Source of the DNA: a virus | Lineage: Duplodnaviria > Heunggongvirae > Uroviricota > Caudoviricetes | Strand: one strand, 5' to 3' | IMG/VR virus record: IMGVR_UViG_3300017917_002605 | Span: 1 to 46,470 of that record | DNA: 46,470 nt | Shown: piece by piece, positions 44,635 to 46,470 of the stretch | How the letters are laid out: each line of letters starts with the position of its first letter | Position numbering within the stretch: position 1 is the stretch's first letter | Translations under genes and position numbers: made by a program | Notes under the pieces: model-generated | What the model saw: the letters and a program-made list of their open reading frames with translations, nothing else | Database searches by the model: none | Told to the model about the DNA's origin: nothing

Positions 44635-45396
44635 ATGAAAAATTTTGCTGGTCTTTTTGAGCAATTAAAACAAAAGCCAAAAGCTCGTGAAGCCAAGGAA
44701 GGCAGATTCAAATCTGCCCCTGCTCGTCACCCCTATACACCTGAACCTTTGGCCACACCAAGAGTTAATGAAGCTGAAGATATTTCAGGTGAACAAGGTG
44801 TGCATAAAGGCCAGTACAAATTTAAAAAGAAACCACAGGATATAGGTCTTCCACGTTCGGAAGCACCTATCATTCCTGAAGAAGTCGAACAGATTGAAGA
44901 AATCTCCAAACAACTGGCCACTGGTTATATGCATTCCGCAATCAGTGATAGAGCTCGCACAGATAAAAAAGTTTCTGATGCAATGGAGAAACAAAGAAGT
45001 TCATGGTCAAAAGTTCGTCATAAAAATATTACAAAAATGATGGATAAATCACAAAAGCGCACACAAGGAATTAGTATGGCACTAAGTAGAGTACAAAAAG
45101 AAGAAGTCGAAAAGAAAAAAGATGACGTTCCTTTTGACCCACCATACACAAAAAAGAAATCAGCTGTTGCTGGTAAACACGGACAAGGATATTCCACCGC
45201 TCGTCATCTTGCTAGACAAGCGATGGAAAAGTATAAGAAGAAACCTGTAAAGGAATCTCTACAAGAATCTCGCAAAGCAGAGATTGTGAAACAAGCATCT
45301 AAAGACGCTAAGAAGAAAGCTATGGAAAAGGTTAATTCTGACAAGTTTCAACCTGAACCTACTTTAGATAGCGAAATTATTAAAACAAATAATTGA
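44635..45396 (+). CDS. Charged modular protein, probable head-internal protein
   Basis: MKNFAGLFE start, EEVEQIEE, K/E-rich. Confidence 0.55.
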   Translation: MKNFAGLFEQLKQKPKAREAKEGRFKSAPARHPYTPEPLATPRVNEAEDISGEQGVHKGQYKFKKKPQDIGLPRSEAPIIPEEVEQIEEISKQLATGYMHSAISDRARTDKKVSDAMEKQRSSWSKVRHKNITKMMDKSQKRTQGISMALSRVQKEEVEKKKDDVPFDPPYTKKKSAVAGKHGQGYSTARHLARQAMEKYKKKPVKESLQESRKAEIVKQASKDAKKKAMEKVNSDKFQPEPTLDSEIIKTNN

Positions 45397-45428
45397 AATA
45401 AATACCTTAAACTTTTAGGAGAAAATAA

Positions 45429-45764
45429 ATGGCTCTATGGTCAAATACAGATGCTAACACCTCTGCACCAAAATTTGCAGTTGCAGGCGGTTACGGCGTT
45501 TCAGCGAACGGTAAAACACTTTTCAACACCAACACCGCAATCGGTCTAAACGGTACAGGTAATGTATCTGTTATGGGTGTTGATACCACAGAACAGCGTG
45601 TCGCTGGTAACCCTAAGGGTGGCCACGCAGGTTGGGTTTTGGTCAAACGTGGTACCGGTGGTCGTGCTGGCCGCATTCAAGTAGAAACATTGGTAGCAAT
45701 GGGTTCTATGACCGGTGACGGTGATGCAGTCGCTAATGATGACCCAACATTCGCTGATGCCTGA
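45429..45764 (+). CDS. Hypothetical late/virion protein
   Basis: AATAAATA late box at 45397, AGGAG SD; HAGWV...GRAGRIQVETLVAM. Confidence 0.65.
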   Translation: MALWSNTDANTSAPKFAVAGGYGVSANGKTLFNTNTAIGLNGTGNVSVMGVDTTEQRVAGNPKGGHAGWVLVKRGTGGRAGRIQVETLVAMGSMTGDGDAVANDDPTFADA

Positions 45765-46099
45765 TGATTACGTTTAATAACTACCTGGTCGAATCTGAAC
45801 ACCTCGACCAGGTGAATGACCAACTCAGTCAAAAGTTAGACAATTTTGTGTCTTCTTTATCTGGTGCCTTTGAGATTCTAATAGAAACCCTAAGTGCTGC
45901 TGGCCTTTCTTTCGAATTGTCAGAATATGATGAAGAAGGCGATGAACTTGTCTTTGACTTGAATTCCGGTGAAACATCAACCGGCTTATTTTTGTATGTA
46001 ATTTATTATCGAACCGATGATGGTCAATATGACTTCTACGCCGAAGTAACGGATGAAGAAGGATTGGATGAACTAATGTCGGAGGATGAAGACGAATAA
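45764..46099 (+). CDS. Acidic hypothetical protein
   Basis: TGATG coupling; MITFNNYLVE start. Confidence 0.65.
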   Translation: MITFNNYLVESEHLDQVNDQLSQKLDNFVSSLSGAFEILIETLSAAGLSFELSEYDEEGDELVFDLNSGETSTGLFLYVIYYRTDDGQYDFYAEVTDEEGLDELMSEDEDE

Positions 46100-46106
46100 T
46101 TAAGTT

Positions 46107-46470
46107 ATGCCTTTTGATGATTTGACGGACGAAAATGTACTCTTATATGCAATGAAAGCTTACGATAAGCCCAATTGTATAATGAGTGAGTTCAAAGAGG
46201 ACATGAAACGATTCAATTACCTTAAAAGATTGTTTCGTAGATATCGTAAGTTTGGTGAGATTAAAGAACGTTTGATATTAAACCATCTGGTTGTAATATA
46301 CAATGTTTTTGGTCCAGAGGTTGCAACAAGACTATTGTTTTTTAGAGTTATAAAAGACGATTATTCTACGTTGAAAACCTACCTTACCTTTTTGAATTTT
46401 ATGCCAGAAAGAGTACATGGTATAGAGGGGCATGATATAATTTCTTCTAATATTCCAATCGATATGACCA
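46107..46470 (+). CDS. Conserved T4-like hypothetical protein (3'-truncated by window)
   Basis: MPFDDLTDENVLLYAMKAYDKP...KRFNYLKRLFRRY...LILNHLVVIYNVFG; open to the window end. Confidence 0.75.
   Translation, partial: MPFDDLTDENVLLYAMKAYDKPNCIMSEFKEDMKRFNYLKRLFRRYRKFGEIKERLILNHLVVIYNVFGPEVATRLLFFRVIKDDYSTLKTYLTFLNFMPERVHGIEGHDIISSNIPIDMT

Noticed and set aside
1282-45676. Numerous minus-strand ORFs in the track (e.g. 3967-4593, 8273-8836, 9785-10354, 25330-25812)
   Set aside because: All are antisense to well-supported + strand genes, lack recognisable motifs or SD sites, and are typical shadow ORFs
1-46470. CRISPR array or insertion sequence
   Set aside because: No regularly spaced direct repeats, transposase or terminal inverted repeats found by eye

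Overview
A 46.5-kb segment of a T4-like myovirus genome. All convincing genes are on the + strand; the many - strand ORFs in the track look like shadows. The left two-thirds is the T4-type replication/recombination core (uvsY-uvsW-gp55-gp47-gp46, gp45-gp44-gp62-regA-hsp20, gp43-uvsX-gp41), interspersed with auxiliary genes: peptide deformylase, a zincin-vWA/MoxR-AAA pair, dCMP deaminase, ahpC/ahpD, MazG-like and DUF5664 nucleotide hydrolases, a 2OG-Fe(II) oxygenase and a CAT-anticodon tRNA. The right third holds a 7-gene glycosylation cluster and late genes that look like T4-style internal head proteins. The ahpC-ahpD pair and sigma70-type promoters suggest a proteobacterial, possibly betaproteobacterial, host (inference). 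The main candidate for a new system is a DUF4338/DruA-like, probably Mom/GNAT-fold enzyme (6521-7861) followed 19 nt later by a 68-nt non-canonical tRNA-Gly-like RNA (7881-7948). That RNA keeps the GlyRS identity elements and a CCA end but has lost the translation-related D- and T-loop motifs. A second paralog lies at 29366-30481. Together they suggest a phage-encoded, dedicated-tRNA-dependent glycyl-transfer system, possibly for DNA hypermodification. Other notable items are a fully nested +1-frame gene with a strong Shine-Dalgarno (SD) site, an H-type pseudoknot leader, a ROSE-like thermometer before hsp20, OxyR-like boxes before an ahpC-CDGSH-ahpD operon, and capsid-targeting-like N-termini on a ligase-like protein and a nucleotidyltransferase-kinase fusion. 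All family assignments come from motif recognition by eye; no database search was run.
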